Positions 12,949-25,250 of a stretch of 64,000 nt of DNA are shown here, in pieces. The DNA is from Octopus sinensis (Eukaryota), in assembly GCF_006345805.1 (NCBI RefSeq), contig NC_042998.1, positions 74,586,001 to 74,650,000 on the forward strand, written 5' to 3'. A model generated the notes under the pieces. The model was given only the letters and a program-made list of their open reading frames with translations. It ran no database searches and was not told the DNA's origin. Position 1 is the stretch's first letter. Every line of letters begins with the position of its first letter. The position numbers and the translations under genes were made by a program.

Positions 12949-13020
12949 ATAGGGAAGTTTAGCTAGAAAAATCAATGGAAAAATCGTTAGGAGATATAGA
13001 CGAACCCTGAAGCATATCAT
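12949..13020 (-). CDS. Possible first coding exon encoding a signal-peptide-like segment (MICFRVRLYLLTIFPLIFLAKLPY)
   Basis: ATG at 13020, 24 codons with basic n-region and hydrophobic h-region, ending at a GTAAGT donor in phase 0; no matching downstream exon found. Confidence 0.2.
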
Positions 13021-13404
13021 AGTTAATAATATGTGGATTTGTATAAAAGTATTAGCTATTTAGCTGATAGCTATATTTCTCTCAGTGGGTACTTCTAACG
13101 GTGTTGTATCTTTAATGAGAACAGGCTGAGATTTGAAAGTGGTCATAGAGATCGATTTCTCTTTCTATTGAAAGAAAGACGATATTTGTTTGCAATTACC
13201 ACAATACAATGACATCTGCGGCGTGTTCCAAAAAAGGTTGATCTGGCACCAGAATATAAGCGAATCAGATGTATTATATCTTTAGCAACTTTATCACCGT
13301 TCCCTTCAGAATATTTTAGTTGCACGTAAAGTTTGTTTTCAGCATCGATAAAATTGGTTTCGATTTTATTCTGTTTATTTGACTCAAGACGCAATCAAAT
13401 CCTT

Positions 13405-13748
13405 TGCATCACTCATTGGACAGCAGCCATGCTGGAGACTGCTTTGAAGGAGTTACTCAATCAAATCGACCCCTGTATTTATTTCTTTAACGTCTGGTAC
13501 GTATTGTTATTTTTAAATTTTTGCCGAGCCGCTAGGCTACCAACACTGGTTGCCAAGTACTAGCAGAGACAAACACAAAGCACTTGCGCATCACACGTAT
13601 ATATGACGGAGTTTCACACAGCTTCTATAAATCAAATTCATTCACAAGGTATTAGCCGGCTCGGAGCTATGACAAGATGTTACCCAAATTGTCGTAAGCT
13701 GAAGCCAATGGAAAACACCTGGTTTCGAAGCGAGTACTTAACATACAC
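13405..13748 (-). mobile_element. tRNA-derived SINE, family A (old, diverged)
   Basis: cagccatgctggag..aatcgacccc..tttttgccgagccgctag..ttcacaaggtattagccggctcggagctat collinear with family A. Confidence 0.7.
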
Positions 13749-13928
13749 CTAGAAAAACATCTGAAATAGTAAAATCAATTTCTTTTTAAGAAACTGGATA
13801 CAGTCAGCTGAAGTAGTGATTCTAGATTATCTGTACTTATTTCACGGTATTGAAAGGTTGGGGTGGAACTAGACGAAATCCTGACTGGAACTTAGAATTG
13901 CAAGACACTTTGCAACATATACTGTAGC

Positions 13929-14067
13929 AAATTCAACCGGGGCCAACTTTACTTTTCATCCTTCCAGTGTCGATAAAATAAGTACCAGTTGAGTACTTGG
14001 ATCATTGTAATCAACTTAACCCCTTCCTCCGAAATTGCTGGTCTCGTACCAAAATTAGAAACCATTA
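13929..14067 (+). mobile_element. SINE family B (partial)
   Basis: ttttcatccttccagtgtcgataaaataagtaccagttgagtac..ccgaaattgctggtc..aaaattagaaacc. Confidence 0.82.
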
Positions 14068-14829
14068 TAAACTGCAACATATATAAGCCGACTCGTTGCC
14101 AATGAAAAGGTTTATGCAATAGTGTGTTACAATAAGCTTAATAGTAGTGTGTGCGTTAACCGAAAATATCTTTTTGCTTTAAGAGTGGAATGAAATCGAT
14201 ATACTGTACTTACATATTCTTATGTAGTTTGATTTATAGTTTGCAATCAGATTTTTAAAAAAAATTTCTTTATGGCAATCAGAATTTTTTTCTGTATTTC
14301 TATATATCAAACAGAATTATTTCCAACAATTTAAAATTGAAATAAACAAAAAGCAAAAAAAAGTGTTTTAAATCTAAAATTTATCACTTGGTTTGTTTTT
14401 CACATTTTTCCCAAACGGAATTTCTAAACCATTTCTCAAATTCATTTTAATTCTGTTTTTATTTCTTCATTGTTTTCTTAGCTAGCTATTTAAGAAGGAA
14501 TGTAAAACTTTCTATTCTATTAGCTTCTGACCCTTCTTCCTACAGTCTTGGACGTAATAAGGATAGCTCTCTCAAAATTTTCTTTTTCTATTTGGGGGCT
14601 AATTTTATTCCCACCTTTAAACAATTTTTCATATTTTGTATGTTTAGTACTCAAACATTTTGGGAAGAACGAAAATGGCTACATTTCGAAAATTGAGTGA
14701 ATAAAATTTCTGGAGATGAGAAAATTATACTTAAATTTATTTTCAGATTTTCATGAAATTTTTCACAAAGATAAAAAGCACTCATAATTTATATTTAAGA
14801 TATTTTCCCGTAATGTACTGAAAATACTA

Positions 14830-15450
14830 TAAACAACATTGAAACCTAAAGTATTCTGAGAAAGGAAAATGAAAAATATATGAGAACGGAGAAGGAAAAG
14901 AAGGATAACAAAACAGTAAAGTGGGAATCCAAGAACAAGAGGAAAAGGAAAGAGAAACATGAGAAAACACTCAGAGCGAAGAGAAGAAAGCGGATAACTG
15001 CCACAACAACGAAATAGTAAAAATTGAGGAAAAGGAGGAGCAGGAACAGGTGAAGAATGAAGGAAGGGGAAAAGGAAAAAAACGATCAACAGTATAAGAG
15101 AAAGGTGATAGGAAGATGAGGAGGAAGAGAAAGAAGGAGCGTAGAAGAAAACGAAGGAGAAAGGCAGAAGGGAAATGACGAAAAATTATGTGGATGTAGA
15201 AGAGAACAAAGAAGACGAAACAACAAAAAAAGAGACGTAAGTGGAATGAGAGAGAGAGAAGAGCAAGAGGAGGACAAAGGAGAACAAAAACACCAATTTG
15301 AACATTGATCAAGATACAGAAGAGATAGAAAACTTAAAGAATATAGAACAAAATAGAAAGACGATCACGAAAATTCGGAATATAAGGACAACTATTTTCC
15401 TCCTTCTCCTCCAACTACAACTACTACTACTACTACTGCTAATAATAATA
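14830..15450. repeat. Purine-rich low-complexity / degenerate trinucleotide tract
   Basis: A/G-dominated with aga/gaa/gga motifs, ending in (cta)n(ata)n. Confidence 0.8.
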
Positions 15451-15483
15451 ATAATAACAAAATATTCCGTCCTTTTATAGGAA

Positions 15484-15676
15484 CAAGGTCTGAAATTTAG
15501 GAATAGGGTAAATCAATTTCATCGATCCCAGTGCTCCACTGGTACTTATTTTTACGAAACCGAGATGTTAAAAGACAAAGTTAGCCTCGGTGGAATTTGA
15601 ACTCAGAACGCAAAGACGGGCGAAATATCGCTAATCATTTTGTCCGGCGTCCTAACTATTCTGCCAGCTCGCCGCC
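15484..15676 (-). mobile_element. SINE family B with intact tRNA-like head
   Basis: Minus strand: ggcggcgagctggcagaatagttag (A box) ... gagttcaaattcc (B box). Confidence 0.87.
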
Positions 15677-15720
15677 TTAATAATGATGATGATGATAATA
15701 ATGATGATGATGATGATGAT

Positions 15721-17107
15721 GCCTTCGCGTTTGTGGTCGTACCAATTTTTTGCTCTGTCAAGTCCATACTTGTTGCAAAGTGTCCAATGGACAAGCCTTG
15801 CTATATTGTCGTGGCTAGTGGCGTACATTGGCTGGTAATATGCCATACGGTTTCACCATTTTGTTCACAGATCCTGTGCTTATCACTTTCTGATGTGCTG
15901 TCTACTCTATATTTTATGTAGTTTGTTCTTAGTGTTTGCTCTTGAGCAGCACATATTAGAGCCTCCGTTTCCGGTTTTAAATCACTTTTAGTCATCCACA
16001 GCCATCTTTTTTCTTGTCATTCGTATTTTCACTCTCATTCGTTTCAGTTGCTTGTACAGTGCTTTATCTTTGCAATCCTTCATCCTACACAGGCCTGACT
16101 TTCTTATTTTTAATAATAGTGGTTCTGTGGCATACTTTATATACCATACTATTTTGTTTTCTTCTGCTCTAATGCTGTGTTCGCATCCATTAAGTCCTCT
16201 TACCTCTCTTTTATTCTTGGTACTTACAGTATGTCTGTGTCACTTATTGGGTGGCGTGTCCATATCTAAGGAGTGAAACCGCCCTGGTGTTGATAGCTTC
16301 AAACTTATTCCGTCCGTTTAATTCCGACTTAAGGATCAGTTTCAGTCTGCGCGAATACTCCACCTTAAATTTTTATGTCATTTCTTTCTCCATCAATTTT
16401 TCCATTTCCAAAATCCCCAAGTACTTATAGCCCGTCTCTTCTATATGCTTCATAATCTCCCCCGACGGTATCGATATCCCGTCCATACATTTGATTTTGC
16501 CACACTTTTTCAGTCCGAACTCCATTCTGATATCAGCGCTGAAAGTATACACTGTATCAACGAGGGAACTGATTTGGACTTCATCTTTACCATAAAGTTC
16601 GTGGTCATCTATGTAAGACAAATGGTTGACTTTTTGTTGGCGGCTTTCAAATACATACCCAGCTTTTTCATTCCTGAGAATCAGTGTTAGTGGTATCAAG
16701 CACAGTACAAAGATCAGTGGGAACAGGCAGTCCCCTTGGAAGATGTCCCTCCTGATTTCTACTGTCCCTAAACTTCTTCCGTATGCTGTCAGGTCCGTCA
16801 TCCAATTCGCCATACTTTTTCCAAGCAATCGCTCAAAATTCGATGGAATACCAAATAGGTTCATACATTCCATTATCCATGAGTGTGGGATCATATCGTA
16901 CGCTTTACGATAGTCGATCCATGACATGTGGCAGGACTCCATTTTTTCCAGATGTTCGTACATTGATTCTGCGAGTATTCCAGTCAATAATTTCTACTTT
17001 AGTGGCAAACAGGACATTGGCCTATAATTGTCAACCGTATTGCATTTTTCAATGTTTTTCAAACACAGCACTGTCCTACGCAATGTCAACCATTCTGGTG
17101 TTACTTG
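15721..17107 (-). mobile_element. R4/Dong LINE: inverted 5' segment (RT plus CCHC knuckle)
   Basis: [13 protein letters not shown]; WIDYRKAYDMIPHSWI; IFQGDCLFPLIF; NHLSYIDD; GYKYLG; LKPETEALICAAQEQ; ETVWHITSQC; HDNIARLVHW..WYDHKREG. Confidence 0.92.
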
Positions 17108-17541
17108 GTCGATAATGATAATGCAAAGATTCTGTGGTATTTTATGATTCAGTGTGTTCATGAGATAGAGTATAGAATTGAGAACGAAAGCAAACAATGC
17201 TGGATCATAGATATAGCATGCCCAGATGATAACAAGGTATGCGATAAGGAAGAAAGAAATGTCGATAGACATGCCGGGTTAGTTTAGGAGGTTAAGCAGA
17301 TGTGATTGATGAAAAAGGTGGTAGTATTACCAATAATTGTCGGAGCCCTGGGAACAGTGAGTAAAAATCTTGAGAAGTACATGGAACAAATAGGGGATGC
17401 AATAAGGGTGGAGCACTTGCAGAAAACAGCCTTGCTTGGAACCGCTCGAATACTCCGGAAGGTGCTCTAAAAATAAGGTGTGTTACCTTAGTTCACTGGT
17501 TCATCATCATTAAACGACAATTATTCAAGGACCATTTGAGA
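17108..17541 (+). mobile_element. R4/Dong LINE: forward 3' segment (REL endonuclease, 3' UTR, (AAT)n tail)
   Basis: [51 protein letters not shown]; followed by (aat)n. Confidence 0.92.
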
Positions 17542-17613
17542 ATAATAATAATAATAATAATAATAACAACAAGAATAATGATGATGATGATGATGATGAT
17601 GATGATAATAATA

Positions 17614-18055
17614 AATGCCCTGGTGTAGTACCAGACAGTGGCTCACGTGGGTTTTGATCTTAACTGATTGGAAGTGCTATCATGTACATATATTGTCATG
17701 GTGCAAAAGATGGGCTACAGAAAATGTTCTGCTCAGAAAATGTTCTGTCTACTAATCCCGTTCGAATAATTCACCACTGGAAACATGGGTATTTTGTTCA
17801 ACATCCTTAAACAAACCTTATTCATGGCACTTTTGAGCAGGATGGGCTACTCGACTTGAAGAAAACCTTTACAGGGCCCCACCGGCAAGTTCGTGTGGCT
17901 GTTTCTCTTGATATGAGATCATCATGTCGCGTACATATGTTTGTAATGCAAGTACCTGGTGCACCCTTATCAGACGAGTAGTCATGATAGGTATATGGGG
18001 CTTCGTATATTTCTACCCCGGTGTCACTTGGGTGGTAAGCGCTGCTCTCTTACTC
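17614..18055 (+). mobile_element. ORF-less microsatellite-associated repeat, copy 1 (internally deleted)
   Basis: aatgccctggtgtagtaccag...gctgctctcttactc flanked by (gat)/(aat) tracts; reverse complement of 48944-49513. Confidence 0.85.
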
Positions 18056-18114
<59 letters not shown>

Positions 18115-18130
18115 TAATAATAATAATAAT
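18056..18130. repeat. (AAT)n microsatellite
   Basis: Direct reading. Confidence 0.97.
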
Positions 18131-21100
18131 AAGCCGACTACGGCTGCTATAATGGTACGATTATAATTGTAACGGCAATGATGGCCGTCTCCCCACGAGC
18201 CAATCAAAGCTAAAAAAATGATAACATTATCGTAGCACCAAAATGTTTTTGGAAACTAAAAGGAAAACTAAATCAGCATACCAAATCGCTTGTCCTATGG
18301 TTAATCTGGAAGCGCGTCCCCCAGGAAGAGCCAGCCTGGGATCGAAAAGTCATCAACTAGGCACAAACTCTTCTCCGAATACGGACATGGATGGTCACTT
18401 GAACGGGAAATCCCCCAACTCGAGCCCTCCAAGTTCACCACACACAACCACCACAGAAAGAAAAATGTAAGCGGAACAAATGGACCCGAGAAGAGTATAA
18501 AGAAGTAATATACGCTTATTACTATGGATTAGGTAGGCCATCTCAAGAGAGACAACCCGCAAACTCTTACAGTATATGGAGAACACGGAATCAAGACAGT
18601 AGGCCCTATTTGGACGAGAACAATTAGCAAATGTGAGGAGGGATATCTTTAGAAATAACAGACTCACAGACAGTGAAATAAGCGCGATCAAGCACGCAAC
18701 GGAAAGTGACATAAATATAAGACACAAAGGAAATGAAGAATCAGATGAACAGTATAGCCCGCCACGAGGCTTAATTGAAAGACTGCCATCTGACCAAAGT
18801 ACGCAAAGGCCTGAAGATACAAGAAATTCTATTGTACCTGTAAAGATAGCCAGGAAAACGAAAAAACAACAGTAACTGAAGATCTCGCATTTGCTGAAGA
18901 ACACAGAGAGTCTATGGCAGAAATGGGGCAGAAAATCCTGAATACGCTTGAAGTTGTAAGACATACAAGTATGAATGATAGAGAACCGCTTCATAAACTC
19001 TCAAATACAAACCAAAATAAAAAACAAATCCAAATTGGCAACTATGTAACAAATGAAATAATACGAGAATTAAATTAAAACCTGTTTTACTGAGTTAAAT
19101 GAATTATTTACGCTTCTCTGCTAGGGCAATTGAAACCAGCTGTATGCCCCCGAAAAAACAAAGAACAAACCTGGGAAGAAATCAAACCTGGAGAAGTAAA
19201 ATTGAAAAAGAGATTGAATTTATGAGAGGGAGGGGAATATCAATATTAAATGAACTAATATGTGGAAATGATGTAAGATCCAGAACAGGAAGAAAGATGA
19301 AGAGAAAATTTGGATCCTCACCAAGAGAAGAACTGATATCAATAAAAGAAACGCTGAAACAAAAAGTCCAAGCAAAAGCCCAAAGAATACGAAGATTTGA
19401 GAAGAGAAACAAGTTTTACAAGCAAAATAAGCTGTTCACATCCAATGCCAAAAAATTCTACAGAGAAATAGGGAAGGAGAAAGTAACCGTTAAAGACCCC
19501 CCTCCCATGGAAGAAGTTCAAAACTTTTGGAAAAGGATTTGAGTGACAAGAAGACGTACACATAAATGCAGACTGGATTATACAAACTGAAGGATCCTAC
19601 CAAAATTTACAACAACAAGCATGGGAAGACATCACAATAGCAAACCTAAGAAAGGCACTCACGAAGGCCCATAATTGGAAATCCCCCGGTAAAGATAGGG
19701 TGCCGAATTTCTGGCTCGCATCGCTCCCGTGCGCACACGGTAAGCTAGTTCAGCTGCTCAATGGAATTATGAGAGACCCAAAGAAAACACCTGGATGGTT
19801 AGCAAGTGGCATTACTTACCTACTACTCCTCAAAGAATAACGAAACCAACCTTCCAAAGAACTATCGGCCTATAACCTGTCTATCCACCACCACGTATAA
19901 AATCCTAACATCTATCCTGGCGGAGAAAACATATGCATTCATGGAGAAGAACGATATTTTCCCCATTGAACAAAAAGGGTGCCGCCGAGGATCTTACGGA
20001 TGCAAAGATCAACTGCTAATCAATCGTATGATCCTTGAGAACTGTCACAACAAGCGCAGAAATCTCAGCACCGCATGGATTGACTATAAAAAGGCCTTCG
20101 ACAGTATACCGCATCCATGGATCTTGAGATCGCTGGACATCTTCAAAATTTCCCCCCTGTGATTTCAAACTTCCTGAAGCACAATATGTCGTTGTGGAAT
20201 ACGAATCTCCAATTATACCACTCTAATGGAGTACTTGCCTCAGAAAATATAAACTCAACTGTGGAATTTTTCAAGGTGACTCACTTTCACCTTTAATATT
20301 CTGCATAGCCCTAATACCCCTTACAAGTGAATTAAACAGAACAGGGTATGGGTATAAAATTGCCAATAAAAAATTAAGCCATCTATTTTATATGGATGAC
20401 TTAAAACTTTATGGTAAAGACAATAATGAACTTGAAGGCCTATTGCGCACCGTGAAAGCATTCAGCGATGACATCGGGATGGAGTTTGGACTTGAGAAGT
20501 GTGCCAGGCCACTTTCCAGAAAGGGAAAGTGAAGACCACAAATTCAGTCGTGTTAGATGTTGACACAGTCATAAGAGAGCTTGAGCAAGAACAAACATAC
20601 AAATATTTAGGGATAAATGAAGGCTCTGGTATTCAGCATGCAAGCATGAAAGAGAAAATCAGGAAGGAATGTTATAGGAGAGTTCGTGCAGTCCTGAAAT
20701 CTGAACTAATGCACGTAACAAGGTGTTAGCTATAAATTCCCTAGTTCCAGTTGTTACTTATAGCTACAATGTGTTGAACTGGAATATGAGTGAAGTAAAG
20801 AATATAGATAGAAAAATACGCAAGCTGCTGAGTTGTAATAGGATGCACCACCCAAAGGCAGACGTAGATCGCCTTTACCTTCCCAGAGCCCAAGGAGGTC
20901 GAGGCCTGATCCAATTTGAACTAGCTTACAAAACAACCACAATTGGACTGGCCAAATATCTCGAAATATCGAATGACTGGATGCTAAAGCTCGTGGAAAA
21001 TCACGAGAGACGAAAGAAGCTTCATTCTATCATCAAGGAAAGCAAAAAATTGCTATTGATCTCGTGCAGGATACCCAAACTGAACAACCCGAGGGAAGTA

Positions 21101-22090
21101 CGGCAACTATTGTTGCAAAGAAGGTGAAAATGATGGCATGAAAAAAGCGCACGAGCAATTGGCTGATAGGTGGGGGAGAAACCTCTGCACGGCAAATATG
21201 TGACCCGCAGCAAACAAGCTGATGTTGACCAGAAGCAAACCCATCAGTGGCTGCGGAGCTCAGGGCTAAAAGCAGAGAGCGAGAGGCCTTCAGACCAAAG
21301 CCTATCAACCCGAACTACCAGGCCAATGTGATGAAAAATGGAGCAGACCCAAAATGCCGATTCTGCAACGACATGATTGAAACAGTGGACCACCTAATCT
21401 CTGGATGTAAAGTCTTAGCACCAGTGGAGTATAAATTAAGACATGACAGAGTTGGCCAATATCTCCACTGGCTAATAAGTCGGCATTACAATATCAAAAC
21501 TGCCGACAAGTGGTATAATCACCACCCTGAGGTTGTAACTGAAGGAGAAAATGTAACCATTCTGTGGGACTTTCCAGTACATACAGACCGAACCATCAAG
21601 GCCAATAAACCAGATATTGTTGTGAAGACCAAAACAATAAAGTTTGCTTATTGATCGACATGAGCATCCCCTGTGATCATAATATCTCAGCGAAAGAGTT
21701 TGACAAGCTCAGAAAATATAAAGACCTACTCATTGAAATTGAGAAAATGTGGCATCTCAAGGCGGTTACAATACCAGTGATCGTAGGAGCACTAGGAATG
21801 ATCAAGAAGGGAACCGAAAGTTATATGAGAATGATCCCTGCTTACCATCCCTGCAAGAAGTGCAAAAGATTGTCTTAACTGGTACATCACACGTATTGAG
21901 AAGAGCATTGTCGATGTGAGAACTTGCTGCTCATGTATTTTAATTTAACTTTAAAAAAAAAAAAAAAAATGAACGAACTACTGAGTTTGGTTTAATGGCC
22001 TACCAATAATACTATGAGTTTCTTTGCCCTAGGAGTCGGGAAGACACTCGGCAAGAAATGGAAGAAAATTTGAAAGAAGAAAAAAAAAAG
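18131..22090 (+). mobile_element. Near full-length R4/Dong LINE (N-terminal domain, RT, CCHC, REL), frameshifted
   Basis: RNKWTREEYKEVIYAYY..; KAQRIRRFEKRNK; NYRPITCLSTT; EQKGCRRGSYGCKDQLLIN; WIDYKKAFDSIPHPW; FQGDSLSPL; YMDDLKLY; HPKADVDRLYLPR; CRFC..ETVDHLISGC; RHDRV; ILWDF..KPDIV; LIDMSIP; IPVIVGALG; ORF end ~21918; (AAT)n at both ends. Confidence 0.95.
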
Positions 22091-22092
22091 TA

Positions 22093-22148
<56 letters not shown>

Positions 22149-22150
22149 TA

Positions 22151-22511
22151 ATCCTGGAAATTGAAATACAAAAGATGTGGCATCTTAAAGCGAGAACTGT
22201 TCCTGTTATTGTGGTAGCCTAGGTATGATAAGAAAAGGATGTCAGAAACATCTAAATAATATCCCAGGAGAACCATGTCTCAGAGAAATCCAAATGATTG
22301 TCCTGATAACTACTGCCCTAATCCACAGGAAAACCCTATCAATTTAAATGTTTGCGTTGTATTACATGAAGATATTTCGCTACTGCCCCTGCCACTTCTC
22401 CTCCCTAGGATTTTAGTCATACTGTGAATCTCTTATCTTTCACTCACCCTAGGACGCTGGGCATGTCTCAGCAAGTGTTTGTAACAAACATGCAGCTCAA
22501 ATAAATATAAA

Positions 22512-22512
<1 letters not shown>
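22151..22512 (+). mobile_element. Short 5'-truncated R4/Dong LINE (REL C-terminus plus 3' UTR)
   Basis: LEIEIQKMWHLKARTVPVIV..LGMIRKGCQKHL..IPGEPCLREIQ..; between (AAT)n tracts. Confidence 0.85.
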
Positions 22513-22588
<76 letters not shown>

Positions 22589-22616
22589 TGATAATAATAA
22601 TAATAATAATACTATC

Positions 22617-22697
<81 letters not shown>
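22513..22697. repeat. (AAT)n microsatellite
   Basis: Direct reading. Confidence 0.97.
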
Positions 22698-22698
<1 letters not shown>

Positions 22699-22839
22699 TT
22701 TTCTTGTTTAGATTATCTGAAAAACTGGATGTAGTAGAAAATCATAACACTAAATTTCGAAATGCAGAGAAAAGTAGAATATTTAGAGTCATACATGGAG
22801 CAAAAAAAAAAAAAAAAAAAAGCGAAAGCAAAAGTAGAA

Positions 22840-23160
22840 AAAAGCTGGTGTCTTGGAATCTAAGGGTTTAAAAGTCAGAATAATGAAAGATAAAGTGAGG
22901 AAAATACATTTCCAAAGGGTAGAAAGAAAACCTAAATTCAAACTCGAAATAGCATTAATGTTATAAACTCAAAAGCCGTATCCAACTTCATGCACAGCAC
23001 GGGAATAATCAAATCTTCAAAGATATTAAGAACAGAGATAAAATTGAAGTTGCTGACAATCTACCGGGCCTTTCACCCAGAGGGGGATGTTGATAGATAG
23101 TATTTCAAAAACAAAAAAAAAAATGGATGGAAGAAAAGGAGTACTGAAAATAAGACGATT
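22840..23160 (+). mobile_element. Old R4/Dong RT C-terminal remnant
   Basis: ..VINSKAVS..STGII..KLLTIYRAFHPEGDVDR.YF..GRKGVLKI, compare MHHPKADVDRLYLPR.EGGRGL in the neighbouring Dong copies. Confidence 0.55.
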
Positions 23161-23224
23161 TCATATGCTTACAATCTGACTATTCTCGGAGCTACGTCCG
23201 GTAGTAAAGTTAAAGTTACCTTCA

Positions 23225-23461
23225 AGTGTGATACCGACTCTTAAGGGCCGGTTTCCCGGTATTCATGGCATATAAATTCGCCACCTGGACGGGATGCTGG
23301 TCCGTCGCAGGATTACTCATTTTTGCCAGCTGAGTGGACTGGAGCAACGTGAGATGAAGTGCTTCGCTCAAGAACACAACATATCGCCCGTTTCAGGAAT
23401 TGAAACCACTATCTTGCAATCACGAGTTCAATACCCTAACTACTAAGCCACACACCTCCAC
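23225..23461 (-). mobile_element. tRNA-derived SINE, family C
   Basis: Minus strand: gtggaggtgtgtggcttagtagttag (A box) ... ggtttcaattcc (B box), then gtgttcttgagcgaagcacttcatctcacgttgctccagtccactcagctgg. Confidence 0.8.
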
Positions 23462-23696
23462 AACTGTCTACAACCGGTGGTTCTCCAGAAATAGTGATCG
23501 GTGAAAACAGTGGTCATTTGGGTAAAAAAAATACTGTTCTTCACTTCTAAAGACTTCTTTTGTTGCTACTGTTGCTGCTGTTATTGTTGTTGTTGTTAAG
23601 CAACAAGACGGATAAGGGTGATAGGATGATTGTCTTGGGCTTAAGGGCGGGAGACCCCAGACATTGGAGAAAAAATAAAACTTTGGTCGTCTTGAT

Positions 23697-24081
23697 CAGT
23701 GTTTTTCAACCTATTTTCCATCAGGCCTCATTATAATTTTCCAAAAAAATGTATGTATGCCCCACCTGTGGTTGTTTCAAATACTTTAATAATTCATAAT
23801 AATATACTTTCCTTAAAGAAATTCTTTAAGGAAAGTATATTATTCTAGGGCATTAGAATAGTGCTATACTGTAACAAACAGTATTCACACAGTATGTTCG
23901 GCTGGAGGGATTGGTTTGGTTAGGCTGAGTATAGGTATAGTGTGTTTGCTGTAAAAATTATTTTCATAATTCCATGTACTACTAAAAAAAAAAAAGAAAG
24001 AAAACAATTGGACCCCACACCCTACCACAATTTTCTCACGCCCCACCACAATTTCCCCAAGCCCGACGTCGAGAAATACTG
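23697..24081. mobile_element. hAT (Charlie-like) MITE
   Basis: TIRs CAGTGTTTTTCAAC / GTCGAGAAATACTG; flanking 8-mers gtcttgat / ctgtagat (5/8 identical, nTCTAGAn-like). Confidence 0.65.
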
Positions 24082-24669
24082 CTGTAGATGATCGGAATTC
24101 AAAATAACTCAGCACACACACACAACTGATACATCCTACACTATCACGTCAGCAACTCACAGGGTTTACTTTTAATGCCATTGCCTCTCATCGATACTAC
24201 ACAAACCGAATAGCATGTGCTATACAGAATCACACTCCGATAGTGAAACATGTAGCACCAATCACACGGCTTATTCGCAAACACAAACATCACCCAACAA
24301 AATAATAAAACAGATATTGTTCATAAAAATGCCAAAATAGCACCAGAAATCTCAGACCCTGTTCCCTACTATAAGAAACTGAAACTGTTGTGGTTGTACT
24401 TACAGAGTTCTACATTCGCAATAGACATTTTTGAAAGATAGAATTAACTGAAACTGGTAATGCAGTAGAAATTTGCATAAAACTGTTAAAAAACATCTGG
24501 AGTCATAACAAGGATTTTGGTGGTGGTAGTGGAGGGGGTGGTGTGGGTGGCGATGGTAGTGGTGGTGATGATGATGATGATGATGTCAAAAGAACGCCAT
24601 CGAGAACAAGGCCAAGAATAACAACAGCAACAATATTAGTAATAGTTATTCCTACTTAAACACAAGGCT

Positions 24670-24891
24670 AGAAATTTGATGGAGGAGAGCAAAGGTCGAC
24701 TGACATAAAGAAGAAGAGGACAAGAAAAAAGAGGAAGAAGACGGAAGTAAGAAAAAAGACGACGAAGAAGAAGAACAACAAGAAAAAAGAAGGGGACAAC
24801 AGAAAGGAACAGAGAAAAAGAAGTAGAAAAAGGGAAAAAGAATAATAACGAAGAGAAGAAAAGATAAAGGAGGAGGAGGAGGAGGAGGATG

Positions 24892-24924
<33 letters not shown>

Positions 24925-24930
24925 TAATAA

Positions 24931-24974
<44 letters not shown>

Positions 24975-25250
24975 GCAGGAAGAAAGAAATTAAGAAAATA
25001 AGAAGAAAATGTGAAAACGAAGCGGAATAAGAATAAGAAGGAGAAAATAAGAAAATAAGAAAAAAATGAAGAAAAATAAGAAAATAAGGAAGTGAAGGGG
25101 AAGTGAAAGGGAAGTGAAGAGGAAGAAGAAAAAGACACAACACAAACTGTAAACATAGAAAAACAAGAACGGCAGTAACAAAACAATAGCTACAATAACA
25201 ATAACAACAACAGCAGCAGCAGCAACAAAACAACAACAACAACAACAACA
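24670..25250. repeat. Compound purine-rich trinucleotide tract (GGA/AAT/AAG/CAA)
   Basis: Direct reading. Confidence 0.9.

Noticed and set aside
13143-13394. 83-aa minus-strand ORF (..ENKLYVQLKYSEGNGDKVAK..)
   Set aside because: Starts at TTG beside a SINE tail, has no convincing splice sites and no recognisable homology.
18135-18215. HDV-like ribozyme at the Dong 5' end (ggccgtctccccacgagcc..gctaa)
   Set aside because: P1.1 GG and a P2 partner could not be drawn; not supportable by eye.
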